Shown: one piece after another, positions 25,723-33,611 of the stretch
How positions within the stretch are numbered: position 1 is the first letter of the stretch
How the letters are laid out: each line of letters begins with the position of its first letter
IMG/VR virus record: IMGVR_UViG_3300031228_000020
Span: 1-33,611 of that record
DNA: 33,611 nucleotides
DNA from: a virus
Taxonomy: Duplodnaviria > Caudoviricetes
Reading direction: 5' to 3' (one strand)
Notes under the pieces: generated by a model
The model's input: only the letters and a program-made list of their open reading frames with translations
Databases searched by the model: none
What the model was told of the DNA's origin: nothing
Position numbers and translations under genes: made by a program

Positions 25723-26087
25723 TGGGCGCGCAGATCATCCGTGAGGTTCTCGGCCCGATCAGCAACGCCTACCGTGTGACGTGTCCGGAGCATGGTCTCA
25801 ACCGGCTCGTGCTGACGCCGGAGCACGCTGACAACCTGCTGCGGATGCATGACCGGATCGACCACGCCGACGAGCCGCCGCCGGAGACGTTCGACATCAC
25901 CGCCGCCGCGACTGCTGTGCTCGGACTGCAGCGCGGTGCTGGCGGCGATGCGGCCGACGCCGCGCTGATGGTGTGGCAGGCGCTCACCGGCCGCGACACC
26001 ACCACCGACGAGGATGATGAGGCCGCGCTGCAGCTCGCTCGTGACTACGCCGACAGCCCGACCACCGCGCACACCGCGCCGTTCTGA
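25722..26087 (+). CDS. Hypothetical protein (CPEH...H...H metal-binding motif)
   Basis: TGATG coupling. Confidence 0.65.
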   Translation: MGAQIIREVLGPISNAYRVTCPEHGLNRLVLTPEHADNLLRMHDRIDHADEPPPETFDITAAATAVLGLQRGAGGDAADAALMVWQALTGRDTTTDEDDEAALQLARDYADSPTTAHTAPF

Positions 26088-26098
26088 AAGGCCGACCA

Positions 26099-26389
26099 AT
26101 GACCGACCTGCCCGATCTCGACAAGCTCACGTACACCGCCGAGAACTGCCCCGGGGGTCCGGGGATCATTCACGGACCCGACTGTCGACACTCTCAGCCG
26201 CTCGTCCGCTGGTCGACAGCTGATCCCGCTGTCGGATCGAGTGTGCGTCGCACGTACGCGATTGTTGACCGGCGGCTCACCGTCAGCGACGGCACCCGCG
26301 TCGTCTACTCAGCGCTCGTCGCGGACGACGTCGCCGGCCGTGCCGAAGCGGAGCGGTACGAACTGCAGGAGCAGGAGACCGACCGGTGA
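26099..26389 (+). CDS. Hypothetical protein
   Basis: GAAAGG RBS. Confidence 0.65.
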   Translation: MTDLPDLDKLTYTAENCPGGPGIIHGPDCRHSQPLVRWSTADPAVGSSVRRTYAIVDRRLTVSDGTRVVYSALVADDVAGRAEAERYELQEQETDR

Positions 26390-26766
26390 TCGACACGCAG
26401 ATCCTTGACACGCTGCAGCGGCCGCATCTGTCCGGGCACCGGTGTCCCGACGACCGCGGCGTGCTCGGCTGGTTCAACGCCGCGGCCGGCGACCGGCAGC
26501 AGTGCCCCGTGCTCGTCGGTGTCGCGCAACTCCGTGAACGCATCGCCGAGCTACACACCGAACTCGCTGCCGAACGCCGCCGGGTGCACGACGCTGCACA
26601 CGACCACGACGCGATGATGACCGTTGCGTCCGCTCTGCTCGCCGAGACACCGCTGACTGATCTCGACCCGGAGCAGCGCGCCGGTTGGCTGCAGATCGCT
26701 CAGCTCGGCACCGAAGCTCTCGCCGCCTATCTCGACCCCGGAGTGATCGCCGATGAGCGCGTGTGA
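26386..26766 (+). CDS. Hypothetical protein with coiled coil
   Basis: AGGAG RBS, GTGA overlap. Confidence 0.65.
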   Translation: MIDTQILDTLQRPHLSGHRCPDDRGVLGWFNAAAGDRQQCPVLVGVAQLRERIAELHTELAAERRRVHDAAHDHDAMMTVASALLAETPLTDLDPEQRAGWLQIAQLGTEALAAYLDPGVIADERV

Positions 26767-27049
26767 GATCCCGTGGCCTGATCTGTCCGGCAGCGACACA
26801 GACCGCCGGCTGACCGCTGACGAGCGCGCGTGGCTGCCAGCGCTCCGGCCGTGGGATGAGCCGGCGCTGCCGATCGCTGAGCGCGAGGGACCGCTAGACG
26901 TTTGTCAGCGAGCGTGTGTGTACGGCACATGCCGCGCGCCGCGTACGACGATGGGCTGCGGCGGTTGCTGTGAGTGTCTCGGCGGCTGTCAGGCTGAGTA
27001 CGAGCGTCAGCAGACCGCGCCGCACATCTGGACCGGTGACTCAGCATGA
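26753..27049 (+). CDS. Cys-rich hypothetical protein
   Basis: GGAG RBS; CQRACVYGTC...GCGGCCECLGGC. Confidence 0.6.
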   Translation: MSACEIPWPDLSGSDTDRRLTADERAWLPALRPWDEPALPIAEREGPLDVCQRACVYGTCRAPRTTMGCGGCCECLGGCQAEYERQQTAPHIWTGDSA

Positions 27050-27387
27050 CGCGCGACCGAGCTGAGGCGATCACGCCGACCGCTGCCGCGCTGATCACGG
27101 CGGTCGCTCACCGTGATGCCGCCGCGATCGAGACGCTGCTACACGACTGCGGTGACCTGTATGCGCTCGCTGTCGTGCTCGCCGGCAACGTCGGCCGGAT
27201 CACCGACCCGCGGCTACTGCCCCGGCAACCGGACCCGCGGACCCGCCGCCCGTGCGTCGGCTGCAGCACACCGACACGGTCAGCGGTCCGGGTCTGCGCG
27301 AAGTGCAGCGACGTGCACAGCAGCCCCCGGGCGCTCGACCCTGACCGGTGGGTCACCGTCGCTGGCGTAGCACGGTACGTAGCATGA
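27046..27387 (+). CDS. Hypothetical protein with CxxC...CxxC zinc ribbon
   Basis: ATGA overlaps; PCVGC...VCAKC. Confidence 0.6.
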   Translation: MTRDRAEAITPTAAALITAVAHRDAAAIETLLHDCGDLYALAVVLAGNVGRITDPRLLPRQPDPRTRRPCVGCSTPTRSAVRVCAKCSDVHSSPRALDPDRWVTVAGVARYVA

Positions 27388-27932
27388 CCGACGACGCGAC
27401 CGTCCGCGGGCTGATGGACTGCAGCGTCAAAGCTCTCCGGTTCGCACTCGCCGACGCCGGCGAGCTGACGGCCGGCAACAAACGGAAGCTGGCTGAACGT
27501 GCAGCTGCGGCCGGTCTCACGTACGGCGCCGTGCAACGGTTCTGGGCTTCACCGCGGACTGCGGTCCGTGCACGCCGTCCGGAGCCGCGTCGCCGTGCCG
27601 CGCCGCAGGAAAACGCCGACTGGTGGGAGTGGGCATCGGTCATGCTCATCAGCCGCTGCTGCGGTCTCTGCGAACGCTGCGATCAGCCGCTCACCCGTGA
27701 CGACTTCGAACGGCATCACCGGATGCGACGCCGAGACGGCGGCGACCGGCTCGCGAACCTCCTCGCACTGCACGTTGCGTGTCACGCGTACATCACCGAG
27801 CACCCGGAGGAAGCGAAAGCGAACGGCTGGATCGTCTCGGTTGCGTCGGACGACCCCGCTACGGTGCCGGTCAGAATCCGCGGCGCGCTCTGGCTGCTCG
27901 ATGATCACGGTCTCAAACACGTACTGCCCTAG
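27384..27932 (+). CDS. HNH endonuclease
   Basis: GLCERC...HHRMRRRDGG...NLLALHVACHAYITEHP..A..NGW; ATGA overlap. Confidence 0.8.
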   Translation: MTDDATVRGLMDCSVKALRFALADAGELTAGNKRKLAERAAAAGLTYGAVQRFWASPRTAVRARRPEPRRRAAPQENADWWEWASVMLISRCCGLCERCDQPLTRDDFERHHRMRRRDGGDRLANLLALHVACHAYITEHPEEAKANGWIVSVASDDPATVPVRIRGALWLLDDHGLKHVLP

Positions 27933-27937
27933 AACGC

Positions 27938-27967
27938 TAGACAAGTGTCGGAGGTCCGCGCTAGTGT
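27938..27967 (+). promoter_or_regulatory. Phage promoter copy 4: TAGACA-N18-TAGTGT
   Basis: Exact family match; AGGAG and ATG 28005 downstream. Confidence 0.8.
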
Positions 27968-28004
27968 CCAGAGCAGCACAACCCGCCAACCACAGGAGAA
28001 CCGA

Positions 28005-29189
28005 ATGAACACGACAACCCGGAACGCCGGACTGCCGGACCTGATGCAGATGCTGCAGTCGCAGCACGCACGGAAGCACGACATCGTCGTCAACGCGACC
28101 GCGATCCGCTCCGACAACGCGACGTTGACCGTGACCGGCGCCGAGCAGCAGATCGACCTCGACGGCGTCACCGCCGTTGACGGCCGCTACGTGCCGACCC
28201 GCGTCGCTGACGAGGGCATCGCCAGCAAGCTGAACATCCCGCTCGCCTACCTCCGGCGGCTCCGTGACGAGCGCCCGGATCTGTATGACGCGAACGTCAA
28301 CGCGTGGCTGCACGGCGCGAACGCCCGCGGCGAGTGGGTGCAGCACCCGTCCGGCGACTACGGCTTCACCGAGCACCGCCCGGCGGTCGACCCCGACTCA
28401 CGCAAGTTCCTGCTCCGCACGTTCAAGGGCGACGACGGTCAGCCCGGCATCGCCCGCGCGCTGCTGTCCGACCGGTACGGCGTGGTCGACAACCTCGACG
28501 TGCTCATGGCCGCACTCGACGGCGTACGTGACGCCGGTGTGGCCGTCGACATCACCGGCGGCGACCTCACCGACCGCCGCATGGTCGTCCGCGTCGCGTG
28601 CCCCGAAGTGCAGGCACTCGCACCGGCACTGCTCCGCGGCTACCGATCACCGTTCACCGGTCAGAGCGGAGACGACAACCCGACCGTGTTCGCTGGCTTC
28701 CAGCTCAGCAACTCCGAGACCGGCGGCGGCGCGTTCACGATCACCCCGCGGCTCATCGTGCAGGTCTGCAACAACGGCATGACGATCACGAAGGACGCGC
28801 TCCGCGAGATCCACCTAGGCGGCCGGATGGATGAGGGTGTCATCCGGTGGACCGAAGACACTCAGCGGAAGTCACTCGATCTCGTCAAGGCCCGGACACG
28901 TGACGCCGTGGCGACGTTCCTCGACACCGACTACCTGATCCGCGTGATCGAGCGCGCCGAGAGCAAGGCCAGCACCGAAGTGCCGACCGTCGAGGACGTC
29001 ACGAAGATCGGCCGCGCCGCCGGCTACACACAGGAGCAGGTCGACGGGATCCTCGGCTACTTCGTGAAGGGTGGTCAGATGACGCTCGGCGGTGTGATGA
29101 ACGCCGCGACCGCCTACGCGCAGACCGTCACCGACGGCGACGCCGCGCACGACATCGAGGCCCGAGCGACCGCGCTGCTCGGCGTCTGA
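28005..29189 (+). CDS. DUF932-family protein
   Basis: RALLSDRYGVVDN, AGFQLSNSETGGGAF..PRL...VCNNGM and IHLG motifs. Confidence 0.8.
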   Translation: MNTTTRNAGLPDLMQMLQSQHARKHDIVVNATAIRSDNATLTVTGAEQQIDLDGVTAVDGRYVPTRVADEGIASKLNIPLAYLRRLRDERPDLYDANVNAWLHGANARGEWVQHPSGDYGFTEHRPAVDPDSRKFLLRTFKGDDGQPGIARALLSDRYGVVDNLDVLMAALDGVRDAGVAVDITGGDLTDRRMVVRVACPEVQALAPALLRGYRSPFTGQSGDDNPTVFAGFQLSNSETGGGAFTITPRLIVQVCNNGMTITKDALREIHLGGRMDEGVIRWTEDTQRKSLDLVKARTRDAVATFLDTDYLIRVIERAESKASTEVPTVEDVTKIGRAAGYTQEQVDGILGYFVKGGQMTLGGVMNAATAYAQTVTDGDAAHDIEARATALLGV

Positions 29190-29205
29190 CCTCTCATCCC
29201 CTTAC

Positions 29206-29242
29206 CGGGTGCCGGCCGTGGCTCCGACACGGCCGGCACCCG
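29206..29242 (+). terminator. Terminator-like hairpin
   Basis: CGGGTGCCGGCCGTG (29206-29220) / CACGGCCGGCACCCG (29228-29242), perfect 15 bp. Confidence 0.7.
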
Positions 29243-29264
29243 CACTAACCGCAGGAGCTGCACC

Positions 29265-29837
29265 GTGCTGATCGTCGGTCTGGATCTCTCGCTCACCAGC
29301 AGCGGCGTCGTACGGCTCGGCGCCGGTGTGCCGACTGATCCCGGCGGCAATCCGCTGCACTCTCTGCACCGGGTGCAGTCGAAAGCCGTCGCCGGCCGCG
29401 ACACTGCCGCGAAGTCCCGGCGTCTCAGAACGATCGCCGGAGAGGTCACGGCTCTCTGTGCCGGCGCTGATCTCGCGCTCGTGGAGGGACCGTCGTACGG
29501 CTCTGAGGGCCGCGGTACGTGGGACCGCGCCGGGCTGTGGTGGCTCGTCGTCGCACGCCTCACCGGCGCCGGACTGAACGTGGTTGAGATCCCCCCGTCG
29601 AACCTCAAGCAGTACGTGCTCGGCAAGGGCGGCGGGAAAGACACCGGCAAGGATCAGATGCTCGCTGCGGTGATCCGCCGGTATCCGTGGGCTGCTGTCG
29701 ACGGCAACGACGTGGCTGACGCGCTCGGTCTCGCCGCGATGGGCGCACGGTTCGCACAGCATCCGGTGGACGAGCTGCCGGCGAAGAATCTCACCGCGCT
29801 GCGCGGTATCGCGTGGGCACCCAACGAGAGAGGATGA
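29265..29837 (+). CDS. ruvC: RuvC-like Holliday junction resolvase
   Basis: Acidic catalytic motifs VGLDLSLTSSG, VEGPSY and DVADA; PSNLKQYVLGKG...K. Confidence 0.88.
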   Translation: MLIVGLDLSLTSSGVVRLGAGVPTDPGGNPLHSLHRVQSKAVAGRDTAAKSRRLRTIAGEVTALCAGADLALVEGPSYGSEGRGTWDRAGLWWLVVARLTGAGLNVVEIPPSNLKQYVLGKGGGKDTGKDQMLAAVIRRYPWAAVDGNDVADALGLAAMGARFAQHPVDELPAKNLTALRGIAWAPNERG

Positions 29838-30367
29838 ACAGCATGACGGAGAAGCGTGACTGGAACAGCAAACTGCTCGCGAAGGGACTTGAGCAGTTCG
29901 TGTCGGAGGAACAGGCGCGCGGCATGGCCGTGCACCAGGGCAGTCGCTATCTGCTGCTGCTGGAGGTTCACTCCGGGAAAAAGGTCGTCAACGAGGACGG
30001 CTCTCAGGTCGTCTCGCTCGTGGCTGATCAGGTCGAGTTGGTGCCCGCTGATCACGAGAACCGCGTCCGCGAGTTCATGCGTGCGCTGTACCTCAACCGC
30101 CCCGACCAGTTCGGACAGGCTGCGTTCGACGGCGCGGCCGGCGATGAGCCGTCCGTCGAGCAGACCGCCGCGCAGATCGACGCCGCGATCAGCCGTGACG
30201 AGTCCGGTGACGTCGCCGGTGTGTGGGACGGCAACACCGACGGCCCGCTCCGCGCAGTCCCCGATGGCCCGGAGTTCACCGGCTGCGACTTCCCGGGCTG
30301 CGTGCTCGACGCCGAGCACGACGGTGATCACGACGTCGTGACGGACGATGAGCCTGCATCGGTCTGA
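29834..30367 (+). CDS. Hypothetical protein with C-terminal C..C...H..H motif
   Basis: ATGA overlap (alternative start 29843); CDFPGCVLDAEHDGDH. Confidence 0.7.
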   Translation: MNSMTEKRDWNSKLLAKGLEQFVSEEQARGMAVHQGSRYLLLLEVHSGKKVVNEDGSQVVSLVADQVELVPADHENRVREFMRALYLNRPDQFGQAAFDGAAGDEPSVEQTAAQIDAAISRDESGDVAGVWDGNTDGPLRAVPDGPEFTGCDFPGCVLDAEHDGDHDVVTDDEPASV

Positions 30368-30581
30368 TCCGCCGCCGACCGGTGAGGTTCCGATCGTGGA
30401 TCTCACCGGTCTCGTGGAGCGACTCGACTACCGGTCACGCGAGCTACGTGAGGCGACTGACCGCGTGGCCGCGCAAGGGCTGCCGCTGCACGGCGCGTGG
30501 CTGCATCTGGCATCGGAGGCTCGACGCGCCGGCGCGCTGCTCGATGACGTACGCCGACTGCTCGACGGGAGGCTGCTGTGA
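30348..30581 (+). CDS. Hypothetical protein
   Basis: Fills the gap in the operon; GTGA overlap downstream. Confidence 0.5.
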   Translation: MSLHRSDPPPTGEVPIVDLTGLVERLDYRSRELREATDRVAAQGLPLHGAWLHLASEARRAGALLDDVRRLLDGRLL

Positions 30582-30877
30582 CGACGCGCGGCTACCGGGA
30601 ACCGCGGCCGTGCAAGATCCGCGTACCTGACCCGGATCCGATCACCGGGGAGATCAAGGCACGCGAGTGCCGGCAGACGATCCCCGGCGGTCACCCGTGC
30701 TGCACCGAGCACTGGCGCACCGTCGGCGCCGGTCTCCGGACCCAGCTCAGCGAAGCGTGGAAACACTTCGATCTGACCGGCGCCGGATGGGCGCATTACG
30801 AAGACACCCGCACGCTCGTGATGGACGCCGCCGAGCGTGCCGCGTGGCGCGACTACGGAGGCCGACCCGATGACTGA
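30578..30877 (+). CDS. Hypothetical zinc-binding protein (C...C...CC..HW)
   Basis: GGGAGG RBS, GTGA overlap. Confidence 0.65.
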   Translation: MTTRGYREPRPCKIRVPDPDPITGEIKARECRQTIPGGHPCCTEHWRTVGAGLRTQLSEAWKHFDLTGAGWAHYEDTRTLVMDAAERAAWRDYGGRPDD

Positions 30878-31199
30878 ACAGACCGAACCGCTCACGATCC
30901 CTGCAGCCGCGAAACTGCAACCCGGCGAGCTGATCCGCTTCCTCGGCGACAACTCGTGGGAGCTGGCTGACAAGAGCAGCGACCACACACCGGACGACAA
31001 CGAGCTGATGAACAGCCGCGCGCTCGTGCTCACGGTCGACCTCGACGGCAACGCGACGCTGCTCATCCGTGACGACGCCGACACCGCCGCCGCGATCGAC
31101 TGGCTCGGGAAAGCCGTCGAGCATCTGCGCACGCTGAGCGCGACACCGGCCGAAGATGTGCCGCCGCTCGACGGTGCTAGCGGTACGCTCACACCATGA
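30870..31199 (+). CDS. Hypothetical protein
   Basis: GGAGG RBS before ATG 30870. Confidence 0.65.
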   Translation: MTEQTEPLTIPAAAKLQPGELIRFLGDNSWELADKSSDHTPDDNELMNSRALVLTVDLDGNATLLIRDDADTAAAIDWLGKAVEHLRTLSATPAEDVPPLDGASGTLTP

Positions 31200-31366
31200 C
31201 AGAGCAACCCGCCACACAAGACGAGACCGCGATCGTGCCGGACTCCGACGCCGACCCTGACAACGAACAGCCGGATCTCGACGCCGTGTACGACGACGAT
31301 CCGGACGACCTGCCACGCGACATCGACGGCGTGCAGGACGACATCGACAGCGAGCCGGAGCAGTGA
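31196..31366 (+). CDS. 56-aa highly acidic peptide
   Basis: Not in the ORF track; ATGA overlap upstream and GTGA overlap with the endolysin; 22 D/E and one R. Confidence 0.65.
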   Translation: MTEQPATQDETAIVPDSDADPDNEQPDLDAVYDDDPDDLPRDIDGVQDDIDSEPEQ

Positions 31367-31995
31367 GCCAGCGCAACACTCGCGAGACCGTGCAGTGGTA
31401 CCGCGAGCATGAGACCACCGCACAGCTCGGCTACAACCCCGACGGATGGTGCCTGCGGATCTGCCGCGAGGCACGCAACATCGGCGCCGTCTACCCGTCC
31501 GCTGTCACTGCTCAGAACGCGACCCCGGCCGCGCACCGGGTGCACGACGTCGCTGATATCCGCCGCGGGATGGTCGTCTACTACGACGACCCGAACGACA
31601 GCAACGCGTTCGGACACATCGCCACCGTCGTCGGCCGCGACCGCGACGCCGACCCCGGCTCACTGTCATCGCTGCTCGTCCGCAGCAACAGTGTGAAGAC
31701 CGGTCAGATCGTCGTCACCCGCGGCGACTACTTCCCCCGCTACTGGGGTGACGCGTACACGTTCGCCGCGACGTGGCTCAACGGCGTCGTGCTCGACCTT
31801 CCCGACCGTACGCCGCCGACGCCGCCGCCGGCGTACATCGGCCGCCGTGGCGCTGACCGGCTCCGTGCGATCGACGCGGAGCTGACGCAGATGATCGAGA
31901 ACCACCGCCGGTTCGGCAACGACCGGCTGGTGCGCGCGTTGAAACGTGACCGTGCAGCTGTCCGGCAGACGCTCCGCGAACACACCAAACGCTAG
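31363..31995 (+). CDS. Endolysin, CHAP/NlpC-P60-like cysteine peptidase
   Basis: GWCLRICR (catalytic Cys), YPSAVTA, RGMVVYY, FGHIA (catalytic His), YWG..Y...WLNGV; Pro linker and basic helical tail. Confidence 0.75.
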   Translation: MSQRNTRETVQWYREHETTAQLGYNPDGWCLRICREARNIGAVYPSAVTAQNATPAAHRVHDVADIRRGMVVYYDDPNDSNAFGHIATVVGRDRDADPGSLSSLLVRSNSVKTGQIVVTRGDYFPRYWGDAYTFAATWLNGVVLDLPDRTPPTPPPAYIGRRGADRLRAIDAELTQMIENHRRFGNDRLVRALKRDRAAVRQTLREHTKR

Positions 31996-32022
31996 ACAAG
32001 CGTCGGAGACATGATCTAGTGT
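31993..32022 (+). promoter_or_regulatory. Phage promoter copy 5: TAGACA-N18-TAGTGT
   Basis: Exact family match; the -35 overlaps the endolysin TAG stop; AGGAG and ATG 32061 downstream. Confidence 0.8.
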
Positions 32023-32060
32023 TTGTGGTGTCAGCCCGCCACAGACACAGGAGCAACCTC

Positions 32061-32573
32061 ATGCGTGATCCACTCACCCGGCACAGCGACTACTACCCCG
32101 GCCGCGACGTCGTGATCACGACGCTGTACGGCGACCGCACCGAGCCGACCGGACCGGTCACGATCACCGCGGTCGAACAGCGGTGGAACAATCTCGGCGG
32201 CCGGTGGTGCGACATCACCGTCCGCGACGCTACCGGCCGACTGCATGAGCTGGACACCCGGCACGCGTTCATCGTCAGCACCGAGTACCGCCGCGACGTG
32301 TGGTGCCCGGAGTGCCGCACCAGCAGCACCGTCACTGACGAGTTCTCTCACGGTTGGTACGAACGTGACGGTGAGCATCAGGCGACGGTCACGGTGCTCG
32401 CGTGTGGTCACCGTGTGCAGTCCGGTGACCGGGTGGTCGGCGGCGCTCCGGGGGCGCCGTACGCCGGCCCGGGGGTGGTTGTCGCGGCTTCGCAGAGTCC
32501 CCGTGACCGGTTAGCTGCTGCGCTCGCGCAGAGCCGTCAGAGTGCCGCAACCGATCCGTGGGCCGAACTGTGA
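32061..32573 (+). CDS. Hypothetical protein with CPEC...LACGH zinc ribbon
   Basis: AGGAG RBS before ATG 32061. Confidence 0.7.
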   Translation: MRDPLTRHSDYYPGRDVVITTLYGDRTEPTGPVTITAVEQRWNNLGGRWCDITVRDATGRLHELDTRHAFIVSTEYRRDVWCPECRTSSTVTDEFSHGWYERDGEHQATVTVLACGHRVQSGDRVVGGAPGAPYAGPGVVVAASQSPRDRLAAALAQSRQSAATDPWAEL

Positions 32574-32902
32574 CCGACACCCAGCCCACTCCTGCCGCCC
32601 AGCCTGAGGTGGAGTTGAGCGAGGAGGAATGGGCAACCCTCGACGGCGTCGTGGACGAGATCATCGACGCCGCCGAGAACGACGACATCGACACGCGCAC
32701 GGAGCGGAACAGCGACCTCGCTGCCGCCGTCGAGCGCATCCTCGCCACCCGTGAGGCCGCCGCGCACGAGGCCGGGCGTGCGGCAGGAGCAGCCGAGGCG
32801 TGGTACGAGGGAGCCCAAGCCGCGACCGACTGGATCAAGAGCGGCGCGTGGTTGGCCGCGATGCCGGCGAACCCCTACGCCGGGTCGGGTGATCCCCGAT
32901 GA
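32570..32902 (+). CDS. Hypothetical protein
   Basis: GTGA/ATGA overlaps; AWYEG...NPY ending common in small phage proteins. Confidence 0.65.
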   Translation: MTDTQPTPAAQPEVELSEEEWATLDGVVDEIIDAAENDDIDTRTERNSDLAAAVERILATREAAAHEAGRAAGAAEAWYEGAQAATDWIKSGAWLAAMPANPYAGSGDPR

Positions 32903-33216
32903 GCCGAAGCGGAACCGAGACGCGGCGACGGACGTTCCAGGTGGGCGTCCGACTATTGCCCGAGGAGTATCACCGACTTCGGGACCAAGCCGAACAGATG
33001 GGCAAGTCGATCGGCGACATGCTCCGCTCGCACGCTTTCGCCGATCGCGATGCCCTCGCCAGCCTCCTGTACGCGATGAACGGATTTGCGTGGTACGGAC
33101 GCGACCTCGGGCCGTGGGACAGCCCGGCAGTGGACGGGGAGCGCCACCGCTGGTTTGCGCAAGCCGATCACCTGCTCGCCCGCCTCGCCGACACCGAGCA
33201 GGAGACCACGCCGTGA
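32899..33216 (+). CDS. Ribbon-helix-helix protein, MobC/NikA-like N-terminus
   Basis: SGTETRRRTFQVGVRLLPEEYHRLRDQAEQMGKSIGDMLR. Confidence 0.65.
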   Translation: MSRSGTETRRRTFQVGVRLLPEEYHRLRDQAEQMGKSIGDMLRSHAFADRDALASLLYAMNGFAWYGRDLGPWDSPAVDGERHRWFAQADHLLARLADTEQETTP

Positions 33217-33611
33217 CCGCCGCCGACCGTCACGTCCCTGACGCCCACGCGGCCGAGCGGAAGACGATCGTGCGGGTGCTGGGCGAGCACTTCCCGGCGA
33301 TGCTTGACGGAGGATGCCGGTGCGGCTGGCGATGGGAGCATGTGCCGGTCGGAAGCAGGCTGGGGCCGCGCATTCTCGACGCGTACAACGCCCACGTCGT
33401 CACCGCCCTCCTCGCTGCTGGTGTCCGAGGCCCGGAAGCAGTGGCACGAATCGAGGGTGAGCGGTGTCCGCACCGTGGCGAGGAGCATGTGCGCCTATCG
33501 ACCGCTGAGAAGTACCGGCAGCGCGCCGAGCGGGCTGAGGCGAGGTTGGCGGCGGTGGAGCGACTGGCCGAGGAGTGGGACAGCACGGTCTACAAGTTGC
33601 CGCCCGGATAT
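33213..33611 (+). CDS. Hypothetical protein, 3'-truncated
   Basis: AGGAG RBS, GTGA overlap, frame open to the window end; CRCG...H motif and RAERAEARLAAVERLA coiled coil. Confidence 0.6.
   Translation, partial: MTAADRHVPDAHAAERKTIVRVLGEHFPAMLDGGCRCGWRWEHVPVGSRLGPRILDAYNAHVVTALLAAGVRGPEAVARIEGERCPHRGEEHVRLSTAEKYRQRAERAEARLAAVERLAEEWDSTVYKLPPGY

Noticed and set aside
1-33611. CRISPR array, IS element, integrase or CI-like repressor
   Set aside because: No regularly spaced repeats, transposase, recombinase or clear XRE/S24 motifs were recognised

Overview
The whole window reads as part of a high-GC tailed (siphovirus-type) phage or prophage, most likely of an actinobacterial host. Nucleotides 1876-18988 (+) form the virion module. 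It has a two-gene capsid resembling the hexamer/pentamer type known from mycobacteriophage cluster B, a major tail protein, head-tail joining genes interrupted by a 1340-aa multi-domain tailspike, a -1 frameshifted tail assembly chaperone, a tape measure protein, minor tail proteins and two tail-collar proteins. Holin-like membrane genes follow. A short leftward block (20188-~22631) carries a replication initiator, a helicase-loader-like protein and two zinc-finger genes. A long rightward early region (22847-end) carries a Rad52/Sak-like annealase, an HNH nuclease, a DUF932-like protein, RuvC, a CHAP-like endolysin, an RHH protein and many small ORFs. I saw no terminase, portal, integrase, classical repressor, tRNA or CRISPR array. 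The most striking unexplained signal is regulatory. Five near-identical promoters (TAGAC[A/C]-N18-TAG[T/A]G[T/C]) are each followed ~10-12 nt later by a CAACCCGCCA-like box. The same box precedes a leftward RBS, and a single inverted copy lies in a structured ~100-nt intergenic segment (25221-25325) that could be an antisense RNA against those leaders. Product calls come from recognising motifs by eye; no database searches were run.
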